Virus record (IMG/VR): IMGVR_UViG_3300028654_000001
Coordinates: 310,001-374,000 of that record
Strand: one strand, 5' to 3'
DNA length: 64,000 nt
Shown: one piece after another, positions 19,794-30,132 of the stretch
Layout of the letters: every line of letters begins with the position of its first letter
How positions within the stretch are numbered: the first letter of the stretch is position 1
Notes under the pieces: generated by a model
Told to the model about the DNA's origin: nothing
What the model saw: the letters and a program-made list of their open reading frames with translations, nothing else
Database searches by the model: none
Translations under genes and position numbers: made by a program

Positions 19794-21961
19794 AAGATGA
19801 GGCTGAAGGCAGTCACAAACGCATCAATATTGGTTCCCGCATATGCCAGAGAGACTCCAGCAGAGTACCCACCTGGACCTGAAGGGGGTTTTGTACCACC
19901 CGCATTATCGATAGCCGAGATCCACCCGGGGATACCAGCGGATGTGCTAGGAACACTTAGGAAGTAGAAGCCAGCTGAAAAACTATCCAAATAGTTGAGA
20001 ATCTCGATCAAGTACTTGATGAAACGCTCTAGGATATCTATCTTACGTGCAACGGTATCGATGAATGCCTTGATCTCATCAATGGCTGACTTGAAAGCAT
20101 CGAGTAAAGCGTCGATACGGTTCAACAGATCATAGATGAACTGCCCACTCCACGGAACGATATCTCTGAGAAGGCTGACTGAAACCCAGTCAGGAGGGGT
20201 TCCACCAAGGGTGAATGACTTAATGAAAGTAACTACCTTTAGTAAGTTGAGACGTGTATTGACGTCCTTGAAGGCTGCATTCGACGTCACATAGATCTCT
20301 GGGTGATTAGATGATGGGAAGTCTTCTGGGATGAGGTTGAAGGCAGTGACCATCTGCTCAAGGGTACTGTTGCTACCCTTAAGGTTTCCAGTAGAGGGGA
20401 TGGGTAATGGAATGGCACCTTGGTACAGATCTCTCATTGGATTGAGCATCGCACTGTTCTCTAACAGGGAAGCCCCAACCAACTGAGCCAATCGGGCAGC
20501 CTGAAACTTCACCGAGAGGTAGTTTTGGACAACGTTAGGGTACTCCTCAGTTACAGAATTCTTCTCAATCGAGCTCAGAGCTGTGGGTATGATGTCTGAA
20601 AGAGCTCCACCAAGATTCATGAGAGATCCCTGTCCGACTTTGGTTGCAGGAGTACTTCCCGTGGGTCTTCCATTCGCGTCAAAGGTAGCTGTTGGGTCCA
20701 ATGGATTATGAAACCCAAGAGCAAAAGCCATCCTAAAGGTATTATCGAGAACGGTAATTACATCGAAGTTGGCTGGAATGTTCGGAAGTCTGCAAGTGAG
20801 TATCCCACTTGGACGCCCCATGATGACCGGATTGTTTGGATCACTACTAGGCCATCGCTGAATGTACTCACCAGTGTTTGCCTTTTGCTCTGGTGCTGGA
20901 AAGTCGATAGTATTGTTGACGGATACAACCAAGGGGCCACTGAATGCTCTAATTCGATAGTAGTAGGTCTTATCCTTATCTACAATACTATCCAAGTAAC
21001 GGAACTTTCCTAGCTGCCCAAGGATAAACGTTGAGGTTGCTTGGGTTGGATCAATGACAAGGTACTTCTCGAATACTCGGAAGTAGTCTCCATTCTCATC
21101 CCTGACAGGGATGGTCCTCTTGATGGCCTTCCCATGCTTATCTTCGAAGTTGGTCTCAGCATTCAGCGTTAGGGTAACTGGACCACCAGAGTTACTTGTC
21201 TTCTCGATGAGCCAGCTCTGAGGGATCAATTCACTTGAGACCGTAGCAAGCAAGTCCCCGTAACCTGGATCTGGGGGGTATTGATTGGTAGCTAAAGTCC
21301 ACTCAATGGAAAAACCCCTGAGTACTGCCCCGAATACTGATGCAACCTGCAGGATAGGATCGAAGTTGTTCTGTGAAGTTGTACCCCCTGCAACAGAACC
21401 TGCCCCTGAAACAGAGGAGGGTAAGGTTCCAGCAGGAAAGATCCTTACATTAGCCGGAGCAGCATACTTAGCGGATGCAACCTCTTTCCCAAAGAACCTT
21501 AGTAGGATCTTGATAAGCCGGAGCATCCCAAAAACTGTAGTAGCATCAGCGACAATAAGCACGAACCCGCTAAGCGTCTGCCCAGCTGCAGGTTGAGGCC
21601 GGAAAGGATCCTTTGAGTCAAATAAGGAGGCCTTGAACCTCTCCACAAAGGCCTGATATCCTCCCTTGAACCTATCGAAGTTAGGATCCTGAGTTGTAAT
21701 CGGAACATCATAGAGTGCAAACAGACCTGTCTGTTTCAAACTGTTGAATAATTCTTGGATCAACGTGAGAAGTGCTTGGACAATGGCGCGAATAGGATTC
21801 CCAAAGTCAATAAGAAATAGGCTGATTGTCTCAAGGAGAGCTTTAATGATCTCCATGAACGTAACAAGAGCTTCAAGAGAACTACGGACGTCCTCCATCA
21901 AGTCCTTGCCAGGAATTTTGATCTGTAGTGCCTCCCAGTCAGCCATATGATTTACCCACAA
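19790..21961 (-). CDS. Hypothetical virion protein with amphipathic helical termini and central FN3-like motif
   Basis: 723-aa ORF with YLDSIVDKDKTYYYRIRAF. Probable start ATG 21946 (MADW). Confidence 0.7.
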   Translation of the reverse strand: MWVNHMADWEALQIKIPGKDLMEDVRSSLEALVTFMEIIKALLETISLFLIDFGNPIRAIVQALLTLIQELFNSLKQTGLFALYDVPITTQDPNFDRFKGGYQAFVERFKASLFDSKDPFRPQPAAGQTLSGFVLIVADATTVFGMLRLIKILLRFFGKEVASAKYAAPANVRIFPAGTLPSSVSGAGSVAGGTTSQNNFDPILQVASVFGAVLRGFSIEWTLATNQYPPDPGYGDLLATVSSELIPQSWLIEKTSNSGGPVTLTLNAETNFEDKHGKAIKRTIPVRDENGDYFRVFEKYLVIDPTQATSTFILGQLGKFRYLDSIVDKDKTYYYRIRAFSGPLVVSVNNTIDFPAPEQKANTGEYIQRWPSSDPNNPVIMGRPSGILTCRLPNIPANFDVITVLDNTFRMAFALGFHNPLDPTATFDANGRPTGSTPATKVGQGSLMNLGGALSDIIPTALSSIEKNSVTEEYPNVVQNYLSVKFQAARLAQLVGASLLENSAMLNPMRDLYQGAIPLPIPSTGNLKGSNSTLEQMVTAFNLIPEDFPSSNHPEIYVTSNAAFKDVNTRLNLLKVVTFIKSFTLGGTPPDWVSVSLLRDIVPWSGQFIYDLLNRIDALLDAFKSAIDEIKAFIDTVARKIDILERFIKYLIEILNYLDSFSAGFYFLSVPSTSAGIPGWISAIDNAGGTKPPSGPGGYSAGVSLAYAGTNIDAFVTAFSLIF

Positions 21962-22073
21962 TAGAGCGCAACCATGAGGCTATGCACTCTAACTCTGTAT
22001 AAGTTGTGTCACTCTTTAGTCGATTCGCCCGATGACTAATAACTGCGATTACAGTCTGAAGTTTAGGATCCAT
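21939..22073 (-). pseudogene. 44-aa mini-ORF, remnant of an HNH-type homing endonuclease (C-terminal stub)
   Basis: Manual translation MDPKLQTVIAVISHRANRLKSDTTYTELECIASWLRSIVGKSYG* resembles the VISxRANxxKxDxTxxELxxIxxWL tail of phage HNH endonucleases. Overlaps both neighbouring genes. Confidence 0.65.
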
Positions 22074-22236
22074 AATGTAAACGTTCCAACTTGCGCCTAA
22101 GAAGAGCTAGCTCACTCTCCGTTGCAACCTTGGTTAGTTTGATGGCCTCGCGCATCTTGGTAACAATCCCGAACTCCTCCCGATACTCCCAGTTGGCTTG
22201 TGAAGGGACTTCAGGTTCTTTCTTTTCTTCAGTCAT
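22063..22236 (-). CDS. Small coiled-coil protein (57 aa)
   Basis: Below ORF-track cutoff. MTEEKKEPEVPSQANWEYREEFGIVTKMREAIKLTKVATESELALLRRKLERLHYGS*, with TGATG overlap with the upstream gene. Confidence 0.7.
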   Translation of the reverse strand: MTEEKKEPEVPSQANWEYREEFGIVTKMREAIKLTKVATESELALLRRKLERLHYGS

Positions 22237-25200
22237 CACTGCACCGCCAAAAGTTTGAGCATTGCGTTTAGAGTATCCTGTTGGGCCTTGATTCTGTTTT
22301 CTACGGCCCGTTTTTGCTTCACAAGGATCCCAGTCTCCAAGTTAATCCGTGAGTTTATCCACGTATATCTATAATCATAGAGTCTATCGCTCGTAGCCAA
22401 TACTGCTGTGATCTTACTGATGGCATCCAATACTTGGGACTTTCGGGCCGTAACTGTAGTGTACCGATCTTGAACTTGACTCCTATCAGTTAAACCCTGC
22501 ACCCAAGCTAGAGTGTCAGGGGTAACACTCAATGGTTCGAGTAGGGTTATCCAAGACGAGGTAGTTATAGCAAAGGCTATGACCTCATTAAGTAGTCCCG
22601 TTAGATCAGCAATCGATTGTGGTGTGATACCAAGTGCATTGGCGAAAAAGGTATTGAATCCAGCAACTTCATCCTGTGCAGTATTCCAAAGGGTGTAGGC
22701 AAGACCCTGAAGATCAGAACCTCCAAAAGTGTTGAGTGATCTACAAATTCGATACGTATTGGACCCCGATAGATCTGACCCAAAAGCAAAGTCCAGGGTG
22801 AGTTGAGTCTCAGAGTCCACAGAGGTCACCTGACGTCGCTGGTAGGTTGGACCTTGGGAAGCAACTACTGTGTAACCAGGAGTGACCCCAGAACTTATGA
22901 AGTTCGCACTCGAGTCAACCAGAACTACTCCAGACGTTGTAGCCGTGAAAGTAGGCCCGACCACATTGTCCGATGCAGTAACCCTAAAGTTGAACGGACC
23001 ACTACTTAACCCTGGGAAAGGTTGACTAACTACAAGATAATCAGGACCTACACTGTCTATGACGTGAAAGCTGGTGCTCAAGGCACTAATCTGAATCAAA
23101 TCCCCAGGGTGTAGAAGTGCCAACGGGAACGGGTTAGAGGTTAACGTAGTCCTACCAAAGTTCAACGTCCCAGAATCTGTATAAGGAGCGTGAAGAGAAG
23201 CCCCCGATTGAACATAACCCAACTCAGTATCCAAGTACCCAGAGAACCCAGTTCCGCTTTCACATAGGAACGAAGGATTGTGTAATGGATACCCCTGATC
23301 TCCATCGTCATCAAGAGTCTGTCCATATAGAGCTGGGAACTTCTTAGGAGAAGTGGTAAGGTTTGCAAAAACCACTGAACCCTGAAGGAGCTCCCCCCCA
23401 ATCGGAGCTTTACCTATCACCGGGATAGGGTTCAGGTAGATAAGATACCCGTTAGTGGTATCGAGAGTAACATCGATTCCAACTCGATAACTCTTCGGTG
23501 GATACGTCAGATCTGTAGTGCTTAAGTAAACGGTAGCCCCGGCTGGGATATGAACAGGGATGGTAGAGACACCAAGTGAAGTTGGTGAAACTGAGGTGAC
23601 TTCTAAGGACGTTGAATCAGAGATGTAGACATTTGTTGGGTCAGCTACACTTACTAGGAGCCCAACTTCGAAGGCTGGACGAAGTGGTGGATCTGTAACC
23701 CCAGCCGTAGTGTCAACATAGAGAACGGTGTCCCCAACTTCAGCATCTCTGATAATTAGGGCTCGATGAAATCTCTTGAAGAAGACCTGACTTGATCCGG
23801 TGAGGGGCTTGACCCCAAAGTTCATGATCGGATCCCCGGTCTTGGTTCCTTGCAGGATCACCTGAGAAACTTCAGCCACGGTTGGGTAGAACCTACTGTG
23901 AGTTCCAGATTGGTAGGCTCGAATGGTATCCCCAAAGGCCATACTAACGATATCGTCAATCTGGTTATTTGCAGTTAGGATGCTCGAAGCTAGGTTTCCA
24001 GTAGACCCATCGAACTTGAACAACCCATCGACATCCCCAACAACCCTACCGTCCATGTCACGAAGGACTTGCTCAAGGGCGTTGACAGAGTTGTTGTAGA
24101 GTAGAAGTGTGGCCCGAGCCACTATATCTTCATTGGCTAACTCACCTTCCTCGAAGTAAACAGAAGCGTTGCCTTGATCGAATAACTGAGGCTGAGAGGC
24201 ATTATCTACTCGAGGGCCACTTGAGGGAGCTGAAGAGCTCGCATCCGACTTATACTGCTCTGCGAGCTGCCCCCTGAAGTTGGTCATTGTCTCAACTCGA
24301 ACATAGAACGAGTCGGGAATGTAGGTTGTGAGTGAATCAACCAGTATCTGATTGAGCAAGCCATTATCTTGCGTTGGTACAATGGTATAGGTATAGGATG
24401 CCTGCAGGTAACCAGGGCCTACAACTCTATGTTTTGTATAGAGTATGTTGAGGGACTCCCCAGATGCCAGTGGGTTGGTAAAGTCGATCTTTCCAGAATC
24501 ATCGATCTTGAAGTCCGCGGGTGCTGTCAAGACAGTTCCGGGTTGCCCGTCAACCTTTCGATACACAATCACAGTATCAAGCAAGGTAAGAGGTGGGGTC
24601 TGAACTGGAATCGCTGGAGCACCACTCGTTTGGAGACTCTTCACGTTGGCTTCGTAGATCGGACGAATAGACCTGCGTAAAACGTAAGAACCACTGTACT
24701 CTCGAGCTGTAGTCTGAGTTATAGAAACCGTTGTGGTAGTACCATCAAAAGAGGAACCGGAAACTAGATAGAAGTCATTGAAGTGCCCGTCAGAAAAGTA
24801 TAGGATTATTCCAGATATATAGACACCAGACTGATCCCCAGATACCTGAAAGCTGTTCATTCCACGAGAGATTTGACTCGAAGGGACTCCTGGAGTGAAG
24901 TATTGTTGAATCGAGCCCGTCGATATGAATAGGTTTGGGTTAGTTGAGGAGTCGCCGAATACTTGAGGGGCTAGAAGATTGACTGTGGTACGATCGGTTA
25001 CAGGGTCATAACTAGGAGCTGAAAGATAGTATACCTCACTCTGCTCAATACGAATCAGATACCCATCTGGAAATACCAATCTTTGATCCCCGCTGACTGT
25101 AAAAGAAGTGGATCCATCGACTATCTGAACCGGAATCATGATTAGGTTAGGCTTGAGGACGGAAACAGTATTCTCCCCACCAAGAGCCTGCGTTATGTAA

Positions 25201-27269
25201 TAGTCAATGTAGACATTCTCATCTGGATTTACTATTGATCCATGGGGTAACGCATCAGTCACCCTTGTAAATCCAGAAGGAGTGGGTAGTATGTCAGGAA
25301 GAAAAGTGATAGTCGAGTTGATGAAGTCGATCTTGTACTGACTTGAGTCCTGAGGGCGACCCCCGCGAAAAACCGTTGGTGCTGGGTTCTGGGCAACAAC
25401 CCTACTAGTTTGGTTGAAGTTGAGTACTGATTGGTTAGTAGTGTGACTAGCTAGCTCTTTACGCACCAAGAATGTTGCAGTCTCCGTGGTCAAGACCAAA
25501 GGGACCACCGTCGGGTCCAGGTTATCCTGACTCGAGGGGTAGGTAATGAGGAGCTGATCCAAAGCTAGGAGACGAAACGTGGTCTGAAAAGTTCCTAGAT
25601 CAGCACTGACTCGATAATCACTCCCAGGGGTTAGTAGTTTTGTGATATTGTTCCGAACCAGAGACAGGGTAACGTTCGGGTCCCTTAGTTGTACAGAATT
25701 GAAGAATCGATCGGCTAGAACTTCTTGTGAAGTCCTAACCTCATAGGTTAGTCCTGTGGATCCTAAGGTAATTGGAGCATCAATACTCAGACTTGTTGTA
25801 GATGGTATCGAGAGGATATTGTAGACCCCAGGATTAGGTCCGTTTGAGACGATGAGAGGGTAGCCCGCTTGAACCGAGCTGAAGTCGGCTGATGTATCAA
25901 CGAACACGGTCGAGGAGTCCGGCGTGGCTCCTCCGATACCACTGGTGACTAGAGTACCTGTCTGACTCACAAAGGTTAGGATACCGGCTGTAGCATCCAG
26001 AAGGGCTTCTGATCCCAGAGCTAACGGTGGGCCACCGTTCAAAGAGAAGACAGCATTCGAGGCAACTACCCCAGGGTTAATCTGTACTGCTGCCGTTGGA
26101 GCAGCTAATGGAATGGAATACAGGTCCACTCTCTGAGCAAAGTTCAGTTGCTTATTGTCAAAATCAATTGTGTAACCTATCCCAGAAGGTGGAGAAGGGA
26201 TGTCAAGGCGCGGGAGGGTCCCGATAAAGGTTCCAGTACCCTGCTGTACTGCAACGCTGAATGGGTAGTTAACGGGTTCGTCAATCGGAAGCACAGGAAG
26301 AAACACAAAAGGGGACCCAATAATTGGACTCGCTAGCTTGGCATTGGTAACCGGATAGAATGCTGTGAGATCCCTTACCTCAGTCCCAGACCCACCAGGG
26401 TTTACTGGAGAACGGAAAAATCGAAATGAAACTCCATGTGCAGCATCAATCAGCACATCCCCATTGACCACCCAAGCCTGGTAGGCCCCGTAGTTTATTG
26501 CGTCACTCAAGTAAAACTTAATGGCAGATCCATTACTGAGAACTTGAACCTGGTCTGACTTCCCAGTTGTAAAGCTGTCGACAACGACAAAAGCTGAAAA
26601 CTGATGAACAACCTGGTCTCCGTTCATAGCCACGAACACTAGGTCATTCCCAGAAAGCGGTAGGTTGGGTGAGACCACAATCGGGGAAGTCGAGAAGCTC
26701 CCAATGAGTTGTCTTGGGAACTTCAAGTTATTGTTGAGTAGGACCCCATCAAAGTATACTGGTGACCCAGCATTATCGATAACGTCTGTTGGATAGAAAC
26801 GAATCAAACCAGTGTCTGTTGCCCAATTGAAGTGACCTGAAGCGGTTGGTAGCGGGAGGGTTGCCTCAGGGGCAGAGACATCTTGCTGCAGTGAAAGTCC
26901 AAACCCGATCTTAACAATGGGAAACTCAGTCGCTCCTGGTATAGGGTTCAGGTGAATTCTAGGGTCTGTCCCGAGAACCCCCATTCTTCCGTATTGAATG
27001 GGCTTGAAGGTTCCAACCGTCCCGTCGTAATCAAACCGTTGAACTCCACCCTGGTTCTGTGTGAAACCTAGAGTGACCTTAGGATCAGCTAGGTTACCAT
27101 CAACAAGAACGAGGGTTAGATAGTCAATTGGCCCAGGGTTGCTTTCGTCAGAACCGAAGGAGGATAGGTCTGAGGGGACAGCATAGTCATCAGGGCTCGC
27201 GGTGAAGGAACTGTTTGCCGATCCAACACGAGGCTTCTGTAGTAAGTAATGCTGTGTACTGACTGGCAT
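22236..27269 (-). CDS. Very large virion structural protein (baseplate/fibre region)
   Basis: 1677 aa, beta-rich repeats (DYRVSADLGTF, YKIDFINSTITF, FKIDDSGKIDF) and a helical C-terminus; lies in the baseplate operon. Confidence 0.75.
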   Translation of the reverse strand: MPVSTQHYLLQKPRVGSANSSFTASPDDYAVPSDLSSFGSDESNPGPIDYLTLVLVDGNLADPKVTLGFTQNQGGVQRFDYDGTVGTFKPIQYGRMGVLGTDPRIHLNPIPGATEFPIVKIGFGLSLQQDVSAPEATLPLPTASGHFNWATDTGLIRFYPTDVIDNAGSPVYFDGVLLNNNLKFPRQLIGSFSTSPIVVSPNLPLSGNDLVFVAMNGDQVVHQFSAFVVVDSFTTGKSDQVQVLSNGSAIKFYLSDAINYGAYQAWVVNGDVLIDAAHGVSFRFFRSPVNPGGSGTEVRDLTAFYPVTNAKLASPIIGSPFVFLPVLPIDEPVNYPFSVAVQQGTGTFIGTLPRLDIPSPPSGIGYTIDFDNKQLNFAQRVDLYSIPLAAPTAAVQINPGVVASNAVFSLNGGPPLALGSEALLDATAGILTFVSQTGTLVTSGIGGATPDSSTVFVDTSADFSSVQAGYPLIVSNGPNPGVYNILSIPSTTSLSIDAPITLGSTGLTYEVRTSQEVLADRFFNSVQLRDPNVTLSLVRNNITKLLTPGSDYRVSADLGTFQTTFRLLALDQLLITYPSSQDNLDPTVVPLVLTTETATFLVRKELASHTTNQSVLNFNQTSRVVAQNPAPTVFRGGRPQDSSQYKIDFINSTITFLPDILPTPSGFTRVTDALPHGSIVNPDENVYIDYYITQALGGENTVSVLKPNLIMIPVQIVDGSTSFTVSGDQRLVFPDGYLIRIEQSEVYYLSAPSYDPVTDRTTVNLLAPQVFGDSSTNPNLFISTGSIQQYFTPGVPSSQISRGMNSFQVSGDQSGVYISGIILYFSDGHFNDFYLVSGSSFDGTTTTVSITQTTAREYSGSYVLRRSIRPIYEANVKSLQTSGAPAIPVQTPPLTLLDTVIVYRKVDGQPGTVLTAPADFKIDDSGKIDFTNPLASGESLNILYTKHRVVGPGYLQASYTYTIVPTQDNGLLNQILVDSLTTYIPDSFYVRVETMTNFRGQLAEQYKSDASSSAPSSGPRVDNASQPQLFDQGNASVYFEEGELANEDIVARATLLLYNNSVNALEQVLRDMDGRVVGDVDGLFKFDGSTGNLASSILTANNQIDDIVSMAFGDTIRAYQSGTHSRFYPTVAEVSQVILQGTKTGDPIMNFGVKPLTGSSQVFFKRFHRALIIRDAEVGDTVLYVDTTAGVTDPPLRPAFEVGLLVSVADPTNVYISDSTSLEVTSVSPTSLGVSTIPVHIPAGATVYLSTTDLTYPPKSYRVGIDVTLDTTNGYLIYLNPIPVIGKAPIGGELLQGSVVFANLTTSPKKFPALYGQTLDDDGDQGYPLHNPSFLCESGTGFSGYLDTELGYVQSGASLHAPYTDSGTLNFGRTTLTSNPFPLALLHPGDLIQISALSTSFHVIDSVGPDYLVVSQPFPGLSSGPFNFRVTASDNVVGPTFTATTSGVVLVDSSANFISSGVTPGYTVVASQGPTYQRRQVTSVDSETQLTLDFAFGSDLSGSNTYRICRSLNTFGGSDLQGLAYTLWNTAQDEVAGFNTFFANALGITPQSIADLTGLLNEVIAFAITTSSWITLLEPLSVTPDTLAWVQGLTDRSQVQDRYTTVTARKSQVLDAISKITAVLATSDRLYDYRYTWINSRINLETGILVKQKRAVENRIKAQQDTLNAMLKLLAVQ

Positions 27270-27288
27270 CTAATCCTCATTTGCATTT

Positions 27289-27858
27289 TCAGACGATCTT
27301 ACCCGAACCTGATCCAGAAGACGGTGAAAGACCGCCGGCACCCACGATTGGAACCGGGAGTACAAGACCCTGAAGAGTGATCATGAGAGCTGTTGAGATC
27401 GCATTCGCTTTTTTGGCGGCTCCAGAACCGGTGATACCGACACTACTAAAGCCCTGCATCAAAGAAGAATAAGCGGACGAACCACTGACACGAGCTACCG
27501 CCGCACCAGCTCCAACTGAAGGATGATTCGTAATCACCGAACCCTGAAGCAAACCCAAAGAGATCCCAGTAGCCAACCCTGTTGCTTCGAGTGGAGCCAT
27601 TGGCCCTAGTTGACCGTTAACAGCATAGGCCCCTAATAAACTTGCTAAGAAGATGGGTTGAGGGAATAGAAAGGGGAGTAATCCAGTTCCAACCCCTACT
27701 AGACCTGCATCAACAGTTTTGACCGATAGCTTCTGAACCCAAAGTGAAATCCCCATTGCAACCCCAGAGGCAAACTTAGGGGTTGCAATACCAAGCATCC
27801 CACATCCGAGAAGAGCGGTAGTAATAGTAACGGTAAGTGCTGGAGCAACAATAGGCAT
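27289..27858 (-). CDS. Hydrophobic Gly/Ala-rich virion protein next to the spike
   Basis: 189 aa, two similar halves each ending in a Gly-rich strand; downstream of the spike gene. Confidence 0.65.
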   Translation of the reverse strand: MPIVAPALTVTITTALLGCGMLGIATPKFASGVAMGISLWVQKLSVKTVDAGLVGVGTGLLPFLFPQPIFLASLLGAYAVNGQLGPMAPLEATGLATGISLGLLQGSVITNHPSVGAGAAVARVSGSSAYSSLMQGFSSVGITGSGAAKKANAISTALMITLQGLVLPVPIVGAGGLSPSSGSGSGKIV

Positions 27859-27939
27859 CTACCCAGCCTTTTTGAGGACTGGTTCCTGAGCCCTCTCAAG
27901 ATAATCAGCGATACGACGGAATAATCGTTGACTTCGCAT
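27859..27939 (-). pseudogene. 26-aa mini-ORF, possible endonuclease VII-type homing endonuclease C-terminal stub
   Basis: MRSQRLFRRIADYLERAQEPVLKKAG* resembles the terminal L..A.xYL helix of EndoVII-family proteins. It fills the whole gap and its TAG abuts the next ATG. Confidence 0.45.
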
Positions 27940-27945
27940 GGCACT

Positions 27946-30132
27946 CTAAATAGATCCAATCAAAAGACTACCTTGTAGTGGTAGGCCGGTCAACCAATCC
28001 AAAGACGGGCTGCCCGGCGGCATCATAGGAACCCCTCTTGCTACACCAAGGACTGCTGCTGGGCCTCCAAGCATTACCTTTGGAGCGGTGAGGGCAATGA
28101 TAGTTGCAGCAGTGAGGTTCATTGCAAGACCAGCCGTAATTGCAATAGCACCCAGGCCTGCACTCATTGAAATAGCTCCAGCTGCTGTAGAGATAGCTAC
28201 TGCCCCAGCCGCCGTCGTAATAGAGATGGCTCCCGTACCAACCGTTACTGAGTAGGCACCAGCGGGACAATTGACAGCTACTGCCCCAGCCGCCACGGTG
28301 GTGGTCTTCGCTCCTACCAGAATGTTCTCTACGTGACCCCCAGCGAGGATTGTGCATACCTTCCCACCAAGAGCTACTGTCTCCTGATACAGCAAAGCGT
28401 AGTAATTCTGAGTCTTACCAGAGACAGTTGCATTCCAACCCCCCACATTCGCATTAAGACCATTGAGGCCGTGTAGGTTAATCGTACTAGCCTTGATAGT
28501 ATGACTACCATCAACTGTTTTCTGGTAGGACCCCTTGACTACTTGGAGATCAGTACCAGAGATATGAGTCTCATTGTTCCCTTGGACATCCACACTATGT
28601 GCCACATCATCCACAGAGTTACTGCCACCTCGGAAGATGTTCTTGATTGCCCCTCGGAAGTTGGTGGTAATGCACTCACCGTTGGCATTTGACCCAACAT
28701 CCAGGAATATCCCACCATCACAGGTTAGATGAATTGAATAACGATCAGGAGTACAAGCTCCAATACGAGCCTTAATGGCTCCTTCTAAGTTAGCCTCAAC
28801 AGATACATTCTTTGTCGAATAGTTCTCGCTCGAAGATCCTGGGACATTTATGAATAGTTTCCCCTGCTTAGAGACGGATACAGCAAACTGGTTCTTGGAT
28901 GCTGCACGAGGAGGCGAAATCCGGAACAAGTAGGCTGCGGCCATCGAGAGAGCCTCGTCGACCGTGGTGCTCGGCGGACGAAGGCACTCGTCCAAAGAAA
29001 ACCCGGTAGGGGCCGCAGTCTGGTCGAAGTCCTCGAATATCTTAGGTTTTAGTACCTTTCCGTACTGTCTCTGACCCAAGGTGGAGAACGGGTCATTCCC
29101 AACCACCGTCCCAAACACCTGTTCGATGTAGGCTCGAGGGCGATCAACTCCGAACCCATCGAGCTCCTCAAGTACCTCGGACTCAAGATCGGTATCGTGC
29201 CGAATCTCCATCCTACGTTCGGTAAAAGCCCTAAGAGTCCCACCATTTGTAGAATCTTCAAAGTTGGTTGCCGCATTCCCTGAAGCGTAGAAGACCTGCC
29301 TGCTGTTCGAGTATACGATGGGTGGGAATTCAGTGTTATCGTTGATTCTGTCGAGGGCCGCAAAGGTGGTCGGGTTGACGAAGGTGGATCCAGATACCCC
29401 AGCCGCAATCAAATCATCTCGTCCGAAGTACCTCGTGCTCTGATCTCGAACAATATTGGTATGGTTACCCTTGGAGTCAGTCTGAAATATCTCTAGGGGG
29501 AGGTTCATTGCCCCCCGGCGCACCGCTCCCGAGAATAGATAGGCCGCTGAGTCAGACTCAACCCTGTGAATAGATTGGGTGACTAGAGTTCGGTCTACAT
29601 CACGGAGCTCAAAACTGTCCCCTGCACGATTGAAGAGCCGAACATCCCTGGACATCAGGAACTCGGCGCCCGCCGCGGACATCCCGATGATGTCCCCAGG
29701 CTTCCCTTTAGCTCTCTTGTATCGAATGGTGGGTCCGTACATCTTCTCGACGTCATCCACATCCTCAGCGTCCACCTCTCCTGGGGGTATCGCTGCGAAC
29801 GGGTCGAACTTCAAACCCATAAGGGTTCCGACCGGGATGTACCCTAGGATGACTGCTCGGTAGAACTGCTTGCTAATCTTACGGTAACCAATGACAACAA
29901 CGGAACCCACTTCTGGGATCCCACCGAAGAAACTCCTCGGGCCTGCCATTGGCTGAATGAGATCCAATTCGAAGCGTACTTCAGACCCACTGATGACCTT
30001 CACGTCTGCTTTGAGGTGGATCTCATCTACTCGAGTGATGATCCCAGCCTTCAGCCCTGTGAAGTCGTTGTTGGCGAAGTCCGATTCAGGAATACTACCA
30101 GCAGGATGAGTCTTGCCCTTCATAAGTGTCAC
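27946..30132 (-). CDS. Baseplate central spike (gp5/gpV/VgrG-like)
   Basis: N-terminal OB-fold pattern (GIITRVD...GGIPEVGSVVVIGY...AVILGY) and C-terminal beta-helix repeats (SVTVGTGAISITTAAGAVAISTAAGAIS). Confidence 0.85.
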   Translation of the reverse strand: MTLMKGKTHPAGSIPESDFANNDFTGLKAGIITRVDEIHLKADVKVISGSEVRFELDLIQPMAGPRSFFGGIPEVGSVVVIGYRKISKQFYRAVILGYIPVGTLMGLKFDPFAAIPPGEVDAEDVDDVEKMYGPTIRYKRAKGKPGDIIGMSAAGAEFLMSRDVRLFNRAGDSFELRDVDRTLVTQSIHRVESDSAAYLFSGAVRRGAMNLPLEIFQTDSKGNHTNIVRDQSTRYFGRDDLIAAGVSGSTFVNPTTFAALDRINDNTEFPPIVYSNSRQVFYASGNAATNFEDSTNGGTLRAFTERRMEIRHDTDLESEVLEELDGFGVDRPRAYIEQVFGTVVGNDPFSTLGQRQYGKVLKPKIFEDFDQTAAPTGFSLDECLRPPSTTVDEALSMAAAYLFRISPPRAASKNQFAVSVSKQGKLFINVPGSSSENYSTKNVSVEANLEGAIKARIGACTPDRYSIHLTCDGGIFLDVGSNANGECITTNFRGAIKNIFRGGSNSVDDVAHSVDVQGNNETHISGTDLQVVKGSYQKTVDGSHTIKASTINLHGLNGLNANVGGWNATVSGKTQNYYALLYQETVALGGKVCTILAGGHVENILVGAKTTTVAAGAVAVNCPAGAYSVTVGTGAISITTAAGAVAISTAAGAISMSAGLGAIAITAGLAMNLTAATIIALTAPKVMLGGPAAVLGVARGVPMMPPGSPSLDWLTGLPLQGSLLIGSI

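Noticed and set aside
27289-27858. PAAR spike-tip protein
   Set aside because: The position fits, but no PAAR motifs or metal-binding His/Cys pattern are visible.
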